DNA from: Antedon mediterranea
Lineage: Eukaryota > Animalia > Echinodermata
Reading direction: 5' to 3'
Assembly (NCBI RefSeq): GCF_964355755.1
Contig: NC_092673.1
Span: forward strand, 1,426,001 to 1,490,000
Length of the DNA stretch: 64,000 nucleotides
Shown in pieces: positions 50,678-64,000 of this stretch. The notes below the pieces were generated by a model that searched no databases, was not told where the DNA came from, and was given only the letters and a program-made list of their open reading frames with translations. A program made the position numbers and the translations under genes. Positions within the stretch are counted from its first letter, which is position 1. Each line of letters begins with the position of its first letter.

Positions 50678-53600
50678 TTAGTTATCCGCTTGGTATACCA
50701 AGCGGATAACTCCTTGTTATTGTATGAGATCAACATTTTTTTTCTGTATTATTAGTTATCCGCTTAGTAGCGGATAACTCCTTGTAATCGTCCTGTTTCA
50801 TCATATTTTTTTTTTTTTTCTGTATTATACTTCTTTCCTTCTGTCATTTTTGTGCGTCGTGTTTCTCTAAAACGTGTAAACAGAACATATCGTAACTTTC
50901 TCAACATATCGACATTTACGTGAACTTGTGCACCTCCTATTTTTGAATGACGTCAGAGTTGCGCAACGTGACTTATGCGCGATTTTATGAATTTCAATGA
51001 TTGATCATAGACTAAAAACCAAACATAATTTTGTTTTGACACTTTGTGAAAATTTAAGTCATATCAAGCGCAAACTTTCTATGGATAGCATGTTTCACAA
51101 AAAGTTACGCGCGCACGCGCGTTTAAAATTTTACCATGGGAAAAATCAACTTCTAATCAACTTTCTATGCGTTTCATGTCATTTTGAGCATGTCAAAAAT
51201 TCCCACGCGCGCGAAAATTTTTACGCACGCGGTGCACACGAAGCGTTAAAAACATATTTTTTTCGCATGATTTATGTTTTTTCAACCTTTTCTAGTAATG
51301 TTACCAACTTTTAAACAATTTCGACTTAAAATTACGTCATACGAGCACGTCGAATTAGATAATTTGCACGCGTTTTTGGTGAAAAAATTCCAAAATTCGT
51401 CAAAATTATGCCTATTTTTAAACAGTCATAGATTCTAAACTACATGGAGAACTTTTTTTTAATTACATATTCTGGAAGTTGATGAGTTGTAGATATCGGA
51501 TCATGCATTAATATGGCTAACCGGACATTGTGACGTCATCGTATGGCCACGCGAATATAAAATATAGGATTTTTGTCTCTTTCGTCATAGCTCATCACAT
51601 TTAATAGAGCGCATCTCCACTTATTTTTTGTCCATTTTCACCCCGATTTTAATATATTCTAGGTCAATCAACTATCTTTTGCATGAATTAAAAATTTTTT
51701 AATTTGTTTAACGTCATCATGCCTAAAAATTTAAATTACGTTGGTCATTAATTTCATCTTTACAGTAAATTTTAATCTGTTATAGCTCGTAAGAATAAAA
51801 TGTGATAATCACAATTAAAACATTTACAGGAAGCTATTGTATAGTAGATACAAAATCATGTGAAAATTGTGCCAATCGAATGTTGTGACGTCATCATATG
51901 GCCAGTTGAATAAAAAAAGTCGTATTTTCATATTTTGCGTAATAGTTCATCACATTTAAAAGGGTGCGCATCTATATTTTACGTATTCAAATTTCTTCTA
52001 CACGTTAATATGTTTTTCCTGAGATAATTTCCTTCTGAAATTGCTATCTAAGTGTTTCATTTTGATACCGTCGCCATGTTAAAAATTGGAATAAATGGCG
52101 GGTCCCGTAATTTCACCTATTCTACACTGTATGTAATATGTATACAGATTATACTGTTTGCATGTATATACTATATGACACAAAATTGACAGAATTCAGC
52201 ACTAACAGCATATCTTATTCTTCAGTTCTTGTCATAATGCCATAATCTTTATCTGTGTGCAATATTCCAACGTATGACGTGCACGTAGCGTTTGTCGTGG
52301 TGCGGATAACTAACTCGTCAAAGTGACGAGTTTCATGTCTAGTTAGTTATCCGCTTAGTAGCGGATAACTCCTTGTAATCGTCCTGTTTCATCATATTTT
52401 TTTTTTTTTTCCTTTATTATTGGTTATCCGCAACGAAGTTGCAGGATAACCTCTTGTGATTGTACGAAATCATCATCTTTTTTGTCATCTTCTTTCTTTC
52501 TGTATGATTTTTGTGTAACGCTTTTCTCTAAAACTTGCAAACATAACATTTTGTTAACTATGTTAACATTTTGACATTCACGTAACGTCGTCAAGCGAAG
52601 CTTTTCATGATGTTTACAATTGCGCAACGTGACGTACGCGCGATTTAACGATTTTCTCGTATTTAACATATGTCGAAAACCAAATAACATTTTAAAATGA
52701 AACTTTGCAAAAGTTTAATTTATATCATGCGCTAACTGTCTGTTGAAAAAAAATTGCGTGTTTTACACAAAGTTACGCGCGCACGCGCATTTAAAATTTC
52801 AAAATGCGCAAAATTAATTTATAATCAACTTTCTACGCGTTTCATGTCGTTTTGAGCATGTCAAAAATTCCCACGCGTGCGCACATTTTTACGTGTACGG
52901 TACGCACGTAGCATTGAAAACGTATTTTTTTCGCGTGATTTATGTTTTTTCAGCCTTTTCTAGTAATTTTACCAAATTTTAAACAATTTCGACTTAAAGA
53001 TACGTCATACGAGCACGTCGAATTGGACAATTTGCGCGCGTTTTTTATGAAAAGGTTAAAAAATTCGTTTAAAATATGCCTTTTTTTAAACAGTCGTAAT
53101 TTCTAAACTAGACGGTCAAATTTTTGTGGATGACATATTCTGGAAGTAGATGAGTTGTAGATATCGGATCAGGTATTAATATGGGTAACCGGACATTATG
53201 ACGTCATCGTATGGCCATGCGAATATAAAATTTAGGATTTTTGTATCTTTCGTCATAGCTCATCACATTGAATAGAGCGCATCTCCAATTATCCGTTTTC
53301 CATTTTCACCCCGATTTTGATATTGTCTAGGTCAATCAAGTATCTTTCGCATGAGTTAAAAATATTTTAATTTTTTTGACGTCATCGTGCCTAAAAATTT
53401 AAATCACGTGTGGCATTAATTTCATCTTTACAGTAAATGTTAATCTGTTATAGCTCGTAAGAATAAAATGTGATAATCACGATTAAAACTTTTTCTGGAA
53501 GCTATTGGATTGTAGATACGAAATTATGTAAAAATGTTGCCAATCGGATGTTGTGACGTCATCATATGGCCAGTTAAATAAAAAAGGTCGTATTTTCATC

Positions 53601-56600
53601 TTTTGCGTCATAATTCATTACATTTAAAAGAGCGCGCATCAATATTTCACGTATTCAAATTTCTTCTACACGCTAATACGTTGTTGCTGAGATAATTTCC
53701 TTTCGGAATTGCTACCTTCGCGTTTCATTTTAAAACCGTAAACATGTTAAAAAATTGCAATAAATAGCGGGTCCCGTAACTTCACCTATTCTATGTATGT
53801 CACTGTATGTGATAGATACAGATTATACTGTGTATACTATATATGAATTTAAATAATAAAATTCAGCAATAACAACATATCATATTCTTCAGTTCAGGTC
53901 ATAATGCCAACGTGAACACTTCCTTTTGTCCTCAACCTATCCCCTTAATGTTAATGTTGCACCACTTGCGCGGCGCGGCGGATAACCAAACTCGTCAAAG
54001 TGACGAGTTACATGTCTAGTACTTATTTCCTTCCGTCATTTTTGTGCGTCGCGTTTCTCTAAAACGTGTAAACAGAACATATCGTAACTTTGTCAACATA
54101 TCGACATTTACGTGAACTTGTGCACCTCCTATTTTTGAATGACGTCAGAGTTGCGCAACGTGAATTACGCGCGATTTTATGAATTTCAATGATTGATTAT
54201 AGACTAAAAACCAAACATAATTTTGTTTTGACACTTTGTGAAAATTTAAGTCACATCAAGCGCAAACTTTCTATGGATTAAAAATAGCACCATTCACAAA
54301 AAGTTACGCGCGCACGCGCGTTTAAAATTTTAGAGTGCGAAAAATCAACGTCTTATCAACTTTCTATGCGTTTCATGTCATTTTGAGCATGTCAACAATT
54401 CCCACGCGCGCGAAACTTTTTACGCACGCGGTGCACACGTAGCGTTAAAAACATATTTTTTTCGCGTGATTTATGTTTTTTCAGCCTTTTATAGTAATGT
54501 TACCAACTTTTAAACAATTTCGACTTAAAATTACGTCATACGAGCACGTCGAATTAAATAATTTGCACGCGTTTCTGGTGAAAAAGTTCAAAAATTCGTC
54601 AAAATTATACCTATTTTTAAACAGTCATAGATTCTAAACTACATGGAGAACTTTTTTTTAATTACATATTCTGGAAGTTGATGAGTTGTAGATATCGAAT
54701 CATGCATTAATATGGCTAACCGGACATTGTGACGTCATCGTATGGCCACGCAAAAATAAAATATAGGATTTTTGTCTCTTTCGTCATAGCTCATCACATT
54801 TAATAGAGCGCATCTCCACTTATTCGTTGTTCATTTTCACCCCGATTTTAATATCTTCTAGGTCTATCAACTATGTTTTGCATGAATTAAAAATTTTTTA
54901 ATTTTTTTAACGTCATCATGCCTAAAAATTTAAATTACGTTGGTCACTAATTTCATCTTTACAGTAAATTTTAATCTGTTATAGCTCGTAAGAATAAAAT
55001 GTGATAATCACGATTAAAACGTTTTCAGGAAGCTATTGTATTGTAGATACAAAATCATGTGAAAATTGTGCCAATCAAATGTTGTGACGTCATCATATGG
55101 CCAGTTAAATACAAAAAGTCATATTTTCATCTTTTGCGTTATATTTCATTACATTTAAAAGAGCGCGCATCAATATTTCACGTATTCAAATTTCTTCTAC
55201 ACGTTAATATGTTGTTGCTGAGATAATTTCATTCTGAAATTTCTACTTTTGCATTTCATTTTGAAACCGTCAAGATGTTAAAAATTACAATAAAATACGG
55301 GTCCCGTAATTTCACCTATTTTACACTGTTTGTGATATGTATACAGATTGTACTGTTACTATGTATATGACACAAAATAACAGAATTCAGAAATAACAAC
55401 ATATCATATTCTTCAGTTCAGGTCATAATGCCTTAATATTTTTCTGTGTGCAATATTCTAACGTATGACGTGCACGTGGCGTTTGTCGAGCGGATAACTA
55501 ACTCGTCAAAGTGACGAGTTTCATGTCTAGTTAGTTATCCGCATTCAGCGGATAACTCCTTGTAACTGTCCTGTTACTTTTTTAGTTATCCGCACTCAGC
55601 GGATAACTCCTTGTAACTGTCCTGTTTCATCATCTTTTTTTTTTTTCTGTATTATTCTTTCTTTCTGTCATTTTTGTGCAGAGCATATCTCAAAAACGTG
55701 TAAAGTTAACATTTCATAACTTTGTCAACATATGGGTATTCACCTGAAGTTGTGCTTTTCTATTTTTGAATGACGTCAGAATTGCACAACATGACTTACG
55801 CGCGTTTTAACGAATTTCGCGTATTTAACATACATCGAAAACCATATAACAATTTAAATTGAAACTTAACAAAAGTTTTAGTTATATCTTGCGCTAACTG
55901 ACTTTGTAAAAAAAATGGCATGTTTTACACGAAGTTACGCGCGCACGCGCTTTTAAAATTTCAAAACGCGAAAAATCAATTTCTAATCCACTTTCTACGC
56001 GTTTCATGTCATTTTGAGCAGGTAAAAAATTCCCACGCGTGCGCATTTTTTTACGCGCGCCGTGCGCACGTAGCGTTGAAAACAATTTTTTTTCACGTGA
56101 TTTATGTTTTTCCAGCCTTTTGTAGTAATTTTACCAACTTTTAAACGATTTAGACTTAAAATTACGTCATACGGGCACGTCGAATTGGATAATTTACGTG
56201 GGTTTTTGATGAAAAAGGTAAAAAATTCGTTAAAATTTGTCAAAATTATGCCTTTTTTTAAACAGTCGTAATTTCTAAACTGGACGGTCAACTTTTTGTG
56301 GATGACATATTCTTGAAGTTGATGAGGTGTAGATATCGGATCATGTAATAATATGGCTAACCGGACATTGTGACGTCATCGTATGGCCACGCGAATATAA
56401 AATATAGGATTTTTGTATCTTTCATCATAGCGCATGACATTTAATAGAGCGCATCTCCAATTATCTGTTTTCCATTTTTACCCCGATTTTTATATTATCT
56501 AGGTCAATCAACTATCTTTCGTATGAGTTAAAAATATTTTAATTTTTATGACGTCATCATGTCTAAAAATGTAAATAACGTGGGTCACTTATTTTCGTCT

Positions 56601-59600
56601 TTACAGTAAATTTCAATCTGTTATAGCTCGTCAGAATAAAACGTGATAATCATGATTAAAACGTTTTCTGGAAGCTATTGGATTGTAGATACGAATTTAT
56701 GTAAACATTTTGCCAATCGGATGTTGTGACGTCATCATATGACCAGTTAAATAAAAAAAGTCGTATTTTCATCTTTTGCGTCATAATTCATCACATTTAA
56801 AAGAGCGCGCATCAATATTTTACGTATTTAAATTTCTTCTACACATTAATATGTTGTTGCCGAGATAATTTCCTTCCGAAATTGCTATCTTAGTGTTTCA
56901 TTTTGATACCGTCGTTATGTTAAAAATTGGAATAAATGGCGGGTCCAGTCATTTCACCTATTCTACACAGTATGTAATATGTATACAGATTATATTGTAT
57001 ATATAATATGACACAAAATAACAGAATTCAGCAATAACAACATATCATATTCTTCAGTTCAGGTCATAGTGCCACAATCTTTTTCTGTGTGCAATATTCT
57101 AACGTATGACGTCTACGTGGCCTTTGTCGTGCGGATAACTAACTCGTCAAAGTGACGAGTTACATGTCTAGTATTCTTCTTCTTTCTTTCTGTATGATTT
57201 TTGTGTAACGCTTTTCTCTAAAACTCGCAAACATAACATTTCGGTAACTATGTTAACATTTTGACATTTATGTAACGTCGTCAAGCGAAGCTTTTCATGA
57301 TGTTTACAATTGCGCAACGTGACGTACGCGCGATTTAACGATTTTCTCGTATCTAACATATGTCGAAAACCAAATAACATTTTAAAGTGAAACTTTGCAA
57401 AAGTTTAATTTATATCATGCGCTAACTTTCTGTTGAAAAAAAATTGCGTGTTTTACACAAAGTTACGCGCGCACGCGTATTTAAAATTTCAAAATGCGCA
57501 AAATTAATTTATAATCAACTTTCTACGCGTTTTATGTCGTTTTAAGCATGTCAAAAATTCCCACGCGTGCGCACATTTTTACGTGTGCGGTGCGCACGTA
57601 GCATTGAAAACGTATTTTTTTCGCGTGATTTATGTTTTTCCAGCCTTTTCTAGCAATTTTACCAAATTTTAAACAATTTCGACTTAAAGATACGTCATAC
57701 GAGCACGTCGAATTGGACAATTTGCGCGCGTTTTTTATGAAAAGGTCAAAAAATTCGTTTAAAATATGCCTTTTTTTAAACAGTCGTAATTTCTAAACTA
57801 GACGGTCAACTTTTTGTGGATGACATATTCTGGAAGTAGATGAGTTGTAGATATCGGATCAGGTATTAATATGGCTAACCGGACATTGTGACGTCATCGT
57901 ATGGCCACGCGAATATAAAATTTAGGATTTTTGTATCTTTCGTCATAACTCATCACATTGAATAGAGCGCATCTCCACCTATTCGTTTTCCATTTTCACC
58001 CTGATTTTGATATTGTCTAGGTCAATCAACTATCTTTCGCATGAGTTAAAAATATTTTAATTTTTTTGACGTCATCATGCCTAAAAATTTAAATCACGTG
58101 TGGCATCAATTTCATCTTTACAGTAAATTTTAATCTGTTATAGCTCGTAAGAATAAAATGTGATAATCACGATTAAAACTTTTTCTGGAAGCTATTGGAT
58201 TGTAGATACGAAATTAAGTAAAAATGTTGCCAATCGGATGTTGTGACGTCATCATATGGCCAGTTAAATGAAAAAGGTCGTATTTTCATCTTTTGCGTCA
58301 TAATTCATTACATTTAAAAGAGCGCGCATCAATATTTCACGTATTCAAATTTCTTCTACACGCTAATACGTTGTTGCTGAGATAATTTCCTTTCGGAATT
58401 GCTACCTTCGCGTTTTATTTTAAAACCGTCAACATGTTAAAAATTGCAATAAATAGCAGGTCCCGTAATTTCACCTATTCTACACTGTATGTCACTGTAT
58501 GTGATATGGATACAGAATATACTGTGTATACTATATATGAATTTAAATAATAAAATTCAGCAATAACAACATATCATATTCTTCAGTTCAGATCATAATG
58601 CCAACGTGAACACTTCCTTTTGTCCTCAACCTATCCCCTTAATGTTAATGTTGCACCACTTGCGCGGCGGATAACCAAACTCGTCAAAGTGACGAGTTAC
58701 ATGTCTAGTTTTTTTTTCTTTCTTTCTCCCTCATTTTTGTGGCTCGCGTATCTCAAAAACGTGTAAACATAACATGTTATAACTTTGTCAGCATGAGGGC
58801 ATTCAGGTGAAGTTGTGCACCTCCTATTTTTGAATGACGTCAGAGTTGCGCAACATGACTTACGCGCGTTTTTACGAATTTCGCATTTTTAACATAGATT
58901 GAAAACCATATAGCAATTTAAATTGAAACTTAACGAAAGTTTAATTGATATCTTGCGCTAACAGAATGTGAAAAAAAAATGGCATGTTTCAAAGGAAGTT
59001 ACGCGCGCACGCGCGTTTAAAATTTCAAAATGCGAAAAATCAATTTCTAATCAACTTTCTACGCGTTTCATGTCATTTTGAGCATGTAAAAAATTCCCAC
59101 GTACGCGCATTTTTTTATGCGTGCGGTGCGCACGTAGCGTTGAAAACCATTTTTTTCGCGTGATTTATGTTTTTCCAGCCTTTTCTAGTAATTTTACCAA
59201 CTTTTGAACAATTTCGACTTAAAATTACGTCATACGGGCACGTCGAATTGGATAATTTACGTGCATTTTTGATGAAAAAGTTCAAAAAGTCGTCAAAATT
59301 TGTCAAAATTATGCCCTTTTTTAAACAGTTATAGTTCCTAAACTAAACGGTGAAAGTTATTTTTATTGCATATTCTGAAAGTTGATGAGTTGTAAATTTT
59401 GAATCATGCATTAATATGGCTAACCGGACATTGTGACGTCACCGTATGCCCACGCGAATATAAAATATAGGATTTTTGTATCTTTCATCATAGCGCATGA
59501 CATTTAATAGAGCGCATCTCCAATTATCTGTTTTCCATTTTTACCCCGATTTTTATATTATCTAGGTCAATCAACTATCTTTCGTATGAGTTAAAAATAT

Positions 59601-61797
59601 TTTAATATTTATGACGTCATCATGTCTAAAAATGTAAATAACGTGGGTCACTTATTTTCGTCCTTACAGTAAATTTCAATCTGTTATAGCTCGTCAGAAT
59701 AAAACGTGATAATCATGATTAAAACGTTTTCTGGAAGCTATTGAATTGTAGATACGAATTCATGTAAACATTTTGCCAATCGGATGTTGTGACGTCATCA
59801 TATGGCCAGTTGAATAAAAAAAGGCGTATTTTCATATTTTGCGTAATAGTTCATCACATTTAAAAGGGCGCGCATCTATATTTTACGTATTCAAATTTCT
59901 TCTACACGTTAATATGTGGTTGCTGAGATAATGTCCTTCCGAAATTGCTAACTTAGTGTTTCATTTTGATACCGTCGCCATGTTAAAAATAAGAATAAAT
60001 GGGGGGTCTCGTAATTTCACCTATTCTACACTGTATGTAACATGTATACAGAGTATACCGTTTGCACTGTATATACTATATGACACAAAATAGACTGAAT
60101 TCAGCACTAACAACGTATGATATTCTTCAGTTCAGGTCATAATGCCATAATCTTTATCTGTGTGCAATATTCCAACGTATGACGTGCACGTGGCGTTTGT
60201 CGTGCGGATAACTAACTCGTCAAAGTGACGAGTTTCATGTCTAGTTCTTCTTTCCTTCCTTCCTTTTTGTGAGTCGCGTTTCTCTAAAATGTGTAAACAT
60301 AACATTTCATAACTTTGACAACATATGGGCATTTACGTGAAGTTGTGCACCTCCTATTTTTGAATGACGTCATAGTTGCGCAACGTGACTTACGCGCAAT
60401 TTTATGAATTTCAATGATTGATCATAGATTAAAAACCAAAAGTCATTTAGTATTGACACTTTGACAAAATTTAAGTCATATCAGGGGCAAACTTTCTACG
60501 GATTAAAAATGGCATGTTTCACAAGAAGTTACGCGCGCACGCGCATTTAAAATTTCAAAATGCGCAAAATTAATTTCTAATCAACTTTTTACGCGTTTCA
60601 TGTCATTTTGAGCATGTCAAAAATTCCCACGGGCGCGCGATTTTTTACGCACGCGGTGCGCACGTAGCGATAAAAACATATTTTTTTCTCTTGAATTATA
60701 TTTTTCAAGCCTTTCCTAGTAATTTTGAAAACAATTTAGAACTTTTCCAGTTTAAATAACGCCATACGAACACGTTGAATTAGACAATTTGTGCGCGTTT
60801 TTTATGAAAAAGCTTAAAAAATCATCAAAATAATGTCTTTTTTTAAACAGTCATAGTTTCTAAAGTAAACCGTGAACCGTTTATTTTTATTACAAAATCT
60901 AGAAGTTGATGAGTTGCAGATATCGGATCATGCATCGATAAGGCTAAAAAAACATTGTGACGTAATCGTATGGCCACACGAATGTAAAATATAGGATTTT
61001 TGTCTGTTTCGTTATTGCTCATCACATTCAATGGAGCGCATCACGCTTATCTGTATTCCTTTTTCTCCTATATTTATATATTGTCTAGGTTAATCAACTT
61101 TCTTTAGCATGAGATAAAAATATTTTAATTTTTATAACGTCATCATGCCTAAAAATTTTAATTACGTGGGTCATTAATTTCATCTTTACAGTAAATTTTA
61201 ATCTGTAATAGCTCGTAAGAATAAAATGTGATAATCACGATTAAAACGTTTTCTGGAAGCTATAGGATTGTAGATACGAATTCATGTAAACATTTTGCCA
61301 ATCGGATGTTGTGACGTCATCATATTGCCAGTTGAATAAAAAAAGTCGTATTTTCATATTTTGCGTAATAGTTCATCACATTTAAATGTGCGCGCACCAA
61401 CATTTTACGTATTCAAATTTCTTCTACACGTTAATATGTTGTTGCTAAGATAATTTTCTTCAGAAATTGCTATCGTTGTGTTGTTTTTTTTATGACGTCA
61501 TCATGTTAAATATTTGAATTAAAGGCAGGTCCCATAATTCAGTTAATATGTCATATAATAATACAGTAGTACAATGTACACCAGCATAGTCTCTGATGTG
61601 AGCAAATTGTTGTTTGCCGCCCTCTGTATCATGTAGAATTAATGTCTCCTTTTATACACAGTGTACTGTATAATTATAATAGGCTACAAGGCGAAAATAC
61701 AGGACCACCTCTTATTATAGTTTTTAACGTATGACGTGCACGTGGCATCTGTCGTGCGGATAACTAACTCGTCAAAGTGACGAGTTTCATGTCTAGT
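50678..61797 (+). mobile_element. Nested array of ~1.55-kb Helentron-associated (HINE/DINE-like) non-autonomous elements: 7 bodies, 6 heads
   Basis: Heads TTAGTTATCCGC…GCGGATAACT at 50678, 50752, 52343, 52420 (variant), 55531 and 55582. Tails GCGGATAAC(T/C)AA-ACTCGTCAAAGTGACGAGT-…CTAG end at 52342, 54019, 55530, 57171, 58708, 60244 and 61796. Insertions fall in T-rich sites with no TSD. Confidence 0.85.
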
Positions 61798-62146
61798 TTT
61801 ATATAGAATTATAAAACCTTGAAAACAGGATTATAATAGGCTACTAACTTTAATTGTTAGTCTGCAGTAAAGCAGAAGGTGCATCGTGAAAACAGTGCTA
61901 ATAGGAAAAAATCACTGTTGAGTAAAAACAAGGCCATATAGATATATATATATATAAACTTTATTTAGACACGAGACTGATGTGCAGTACAACTCGTTCA
62001 ATCAATATTGATTGTTTTTACACAAGTTCGTGATACTGTATTACAAAACAAAAAAAAATCAACACCATATAAATACAACAGAAACGAAAAAAATTGAAAT
62101 TGAAAAGAAACAAAATTACAGCAGAATCCCCTTCATCTGACACCTC

Positions 62147-64000
62147 TATTTAGGGTACACCATACCGGTACTTCCCGTGTAAACGGAAACCCTTATCGAA
62201 GTGTATAATTCATGGGGATTCAACTGTAATACATAATAAATCTTTTGGATTTCATTGACGTTAAAATAATAGTGATAAAACACACATTTTACATAGTATT
62301 TAGCCATTTTAAAAGTTGGATGTAGATCGTAGATTACCATACCATTATGTTTTACAATGCATTTTTCAGATACGTTTTAAACAACTTAACTGATTTTGGA
62401 AGGGTATCAATATTGAGACTATTCCATAATTGCTCCACGATAAGACAGACTTCGTTTTTTAAAATCTGTTTTTGGCTTTGGGATGAATAGATGTGTATCA
62501 CTGTTCCTTAGATTATAATTTATATCATTGAATGTAAATACATTATTTAGGTAAGGTGGGGCATTATCTGTCAAAACCTTATATATAACCATACAACATT
62601 CATATCTATCTTGATAAAATAAAGGTGACCAATTAATTTGCCTTAGTGCCTCACTACTAGGTGTGTCCCATGTTAGACCACACACGATTCGAGCTGTTCT
62701 GTTTTGGATAGTTTGAACTCTTTTCATTAGAGTTTGACTACTATTTCCCCAAATTATGTTACAATAGCTCAAGTAAGGTATTACAATAGAGTTTGCAATA
62801 TGTTTTAATATGTTTTGTGGAAAATAATAGCTACATCGTCTAAGCATACCCAATCCATTTAGAGCTTTACCTCGAATGTATTCAATCTGATTTTTCCATG
62901 ATAAATGTTCGTCTATTATGATACCGAGATGTTTGCAATATAGAACGCGTGGTACAACATCGTTATCTATATTAACTGATCTATTTTTTTCTTTGGTGGT
63001 TGCCAATCGGTTTGTCGATCCGATCAACATGAACTCGGATTTAGAGACATTTAGACTCAATTTATTATTTTTTAGCCAATCGTCGATTTGTATAAGTTCT
63101 TCATTTATACTTTGGTATATTTCATTTTCATTTTTTGAAGAACAATAAATTATAGTATCGTCAGCATACATACTTATTTTACATTTGTTTGCAACTTTCG
63201 ATAGGTCATTTATATATAAGAGGAAAGCAAGTGGGCCCACGATTGACCCCTGAGGCACTCCACATTGGATGTGTGTATAGTCAGACAATGTATTATTTAC
63301 ATTTGTGAATTGCTTTCGCTCAGACAGATAGCTCTCGAACCATTTTAAAACATATTTACTTAAACCATAAAGTCTCAATTTGCTTAATAGTATGTTATGG
63401 TTTACCGTATCAAAGGCCTTTTTAAAATCTAGTAAACAGATTCCGACCAGCTTACCCTCGTCTATTGCACTATACCAGTCTTCCGTCACTTTTGTAAGTG
63501 CAGTAGATGTTGAGTATGATGGTCGAAAACCTGATTGATTTATACATAACAGATTATTATTATTCAAAAAAGCATAAAGTTGATTAAAAACGACTCGTTC
63601 AATTATTTTTGAAAGTATAGGTAGGACGGAAATGGGACGATAATTATTAGGGTTAGTTTTTTCACCATTCTTAAAAATTGGCGTGACCTTTGCTATTTTC
63701 CACGTATTTGGGAATTTACATGTTGTGAAGGAGTGATTTATAATTCTTGTAATTGTTGGGGATATAATCGGGGCAGACAGTTTTAGAATGCCCGGTGGTA
63801 AGTTATCATGACCAGTGGCTTTGTTTTTTGAAAGATTATTTAAGTATTTATATACAAATTCACATGTGATGTGTTCGAATTCAAAATTATTTTCGGTAAA
63901 AGCATCGATTTCATCATAATTTATATCATTTATCGGCTCATGTATTTGTGATGCAAGATTTGAACCTATATTTGAGAAAAATGTATTAATTTCATTTGCG
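62147..64000 (-). mobile_element. CR1/L2-clade LINE, RT domain and 3' end; continues off the right edge
   Basis: Open frame from the right edge to 62419 with NYRPISVLP, QSGFR, LDFKKAFDTV, GVPQGS..GP..F..YIND, MYADDT and HLGIIID; frameshift just before the terminal WNSL motif; short 3' UTR. Confidence 0.92.

Noticed and set aside
50997-61031. Short ORFs within the HINE array
   Set aside because: Not conserved as open frames across copies and no Rep or helicase motifs.

Overview
AT-rich eukaryotic (animal) genomic DNA with GT-AG introns. The actin intron pattern (about codons 41/42, 121/122, 203/204, 267/268) suggests an invertebrate deuterostome, probably an echinoderm; this is an inference. 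Genes reconstructed by hand: the 5' part of COX15 (minus strand, runs off the left edge), TM2D2 (plus, divergent from COX15), two tandem SLC5A7/CHT1-like choline transporter paralogs, an actin, and two minus-strand single-coding-exon GT31 (B3GALT-like) genes, each with a degenerate and an intact catalytic domain. Repeats are dense: a ~7 kb foldback-like nested-palindrome block between COX15 and TM2D2, Harbinger-type MITEs, a disrupted Penelope-like element, several hammerhead ribozyme motifs, a tRNA-Glu-like element inside a (TA)n tract, L2/CR1 LINE pieces, and an ~11 kb self-nested array of Helentron/HINE-like elements. All calls come from reading the sequence; no searches were run. Repeat boundaries are approximate.
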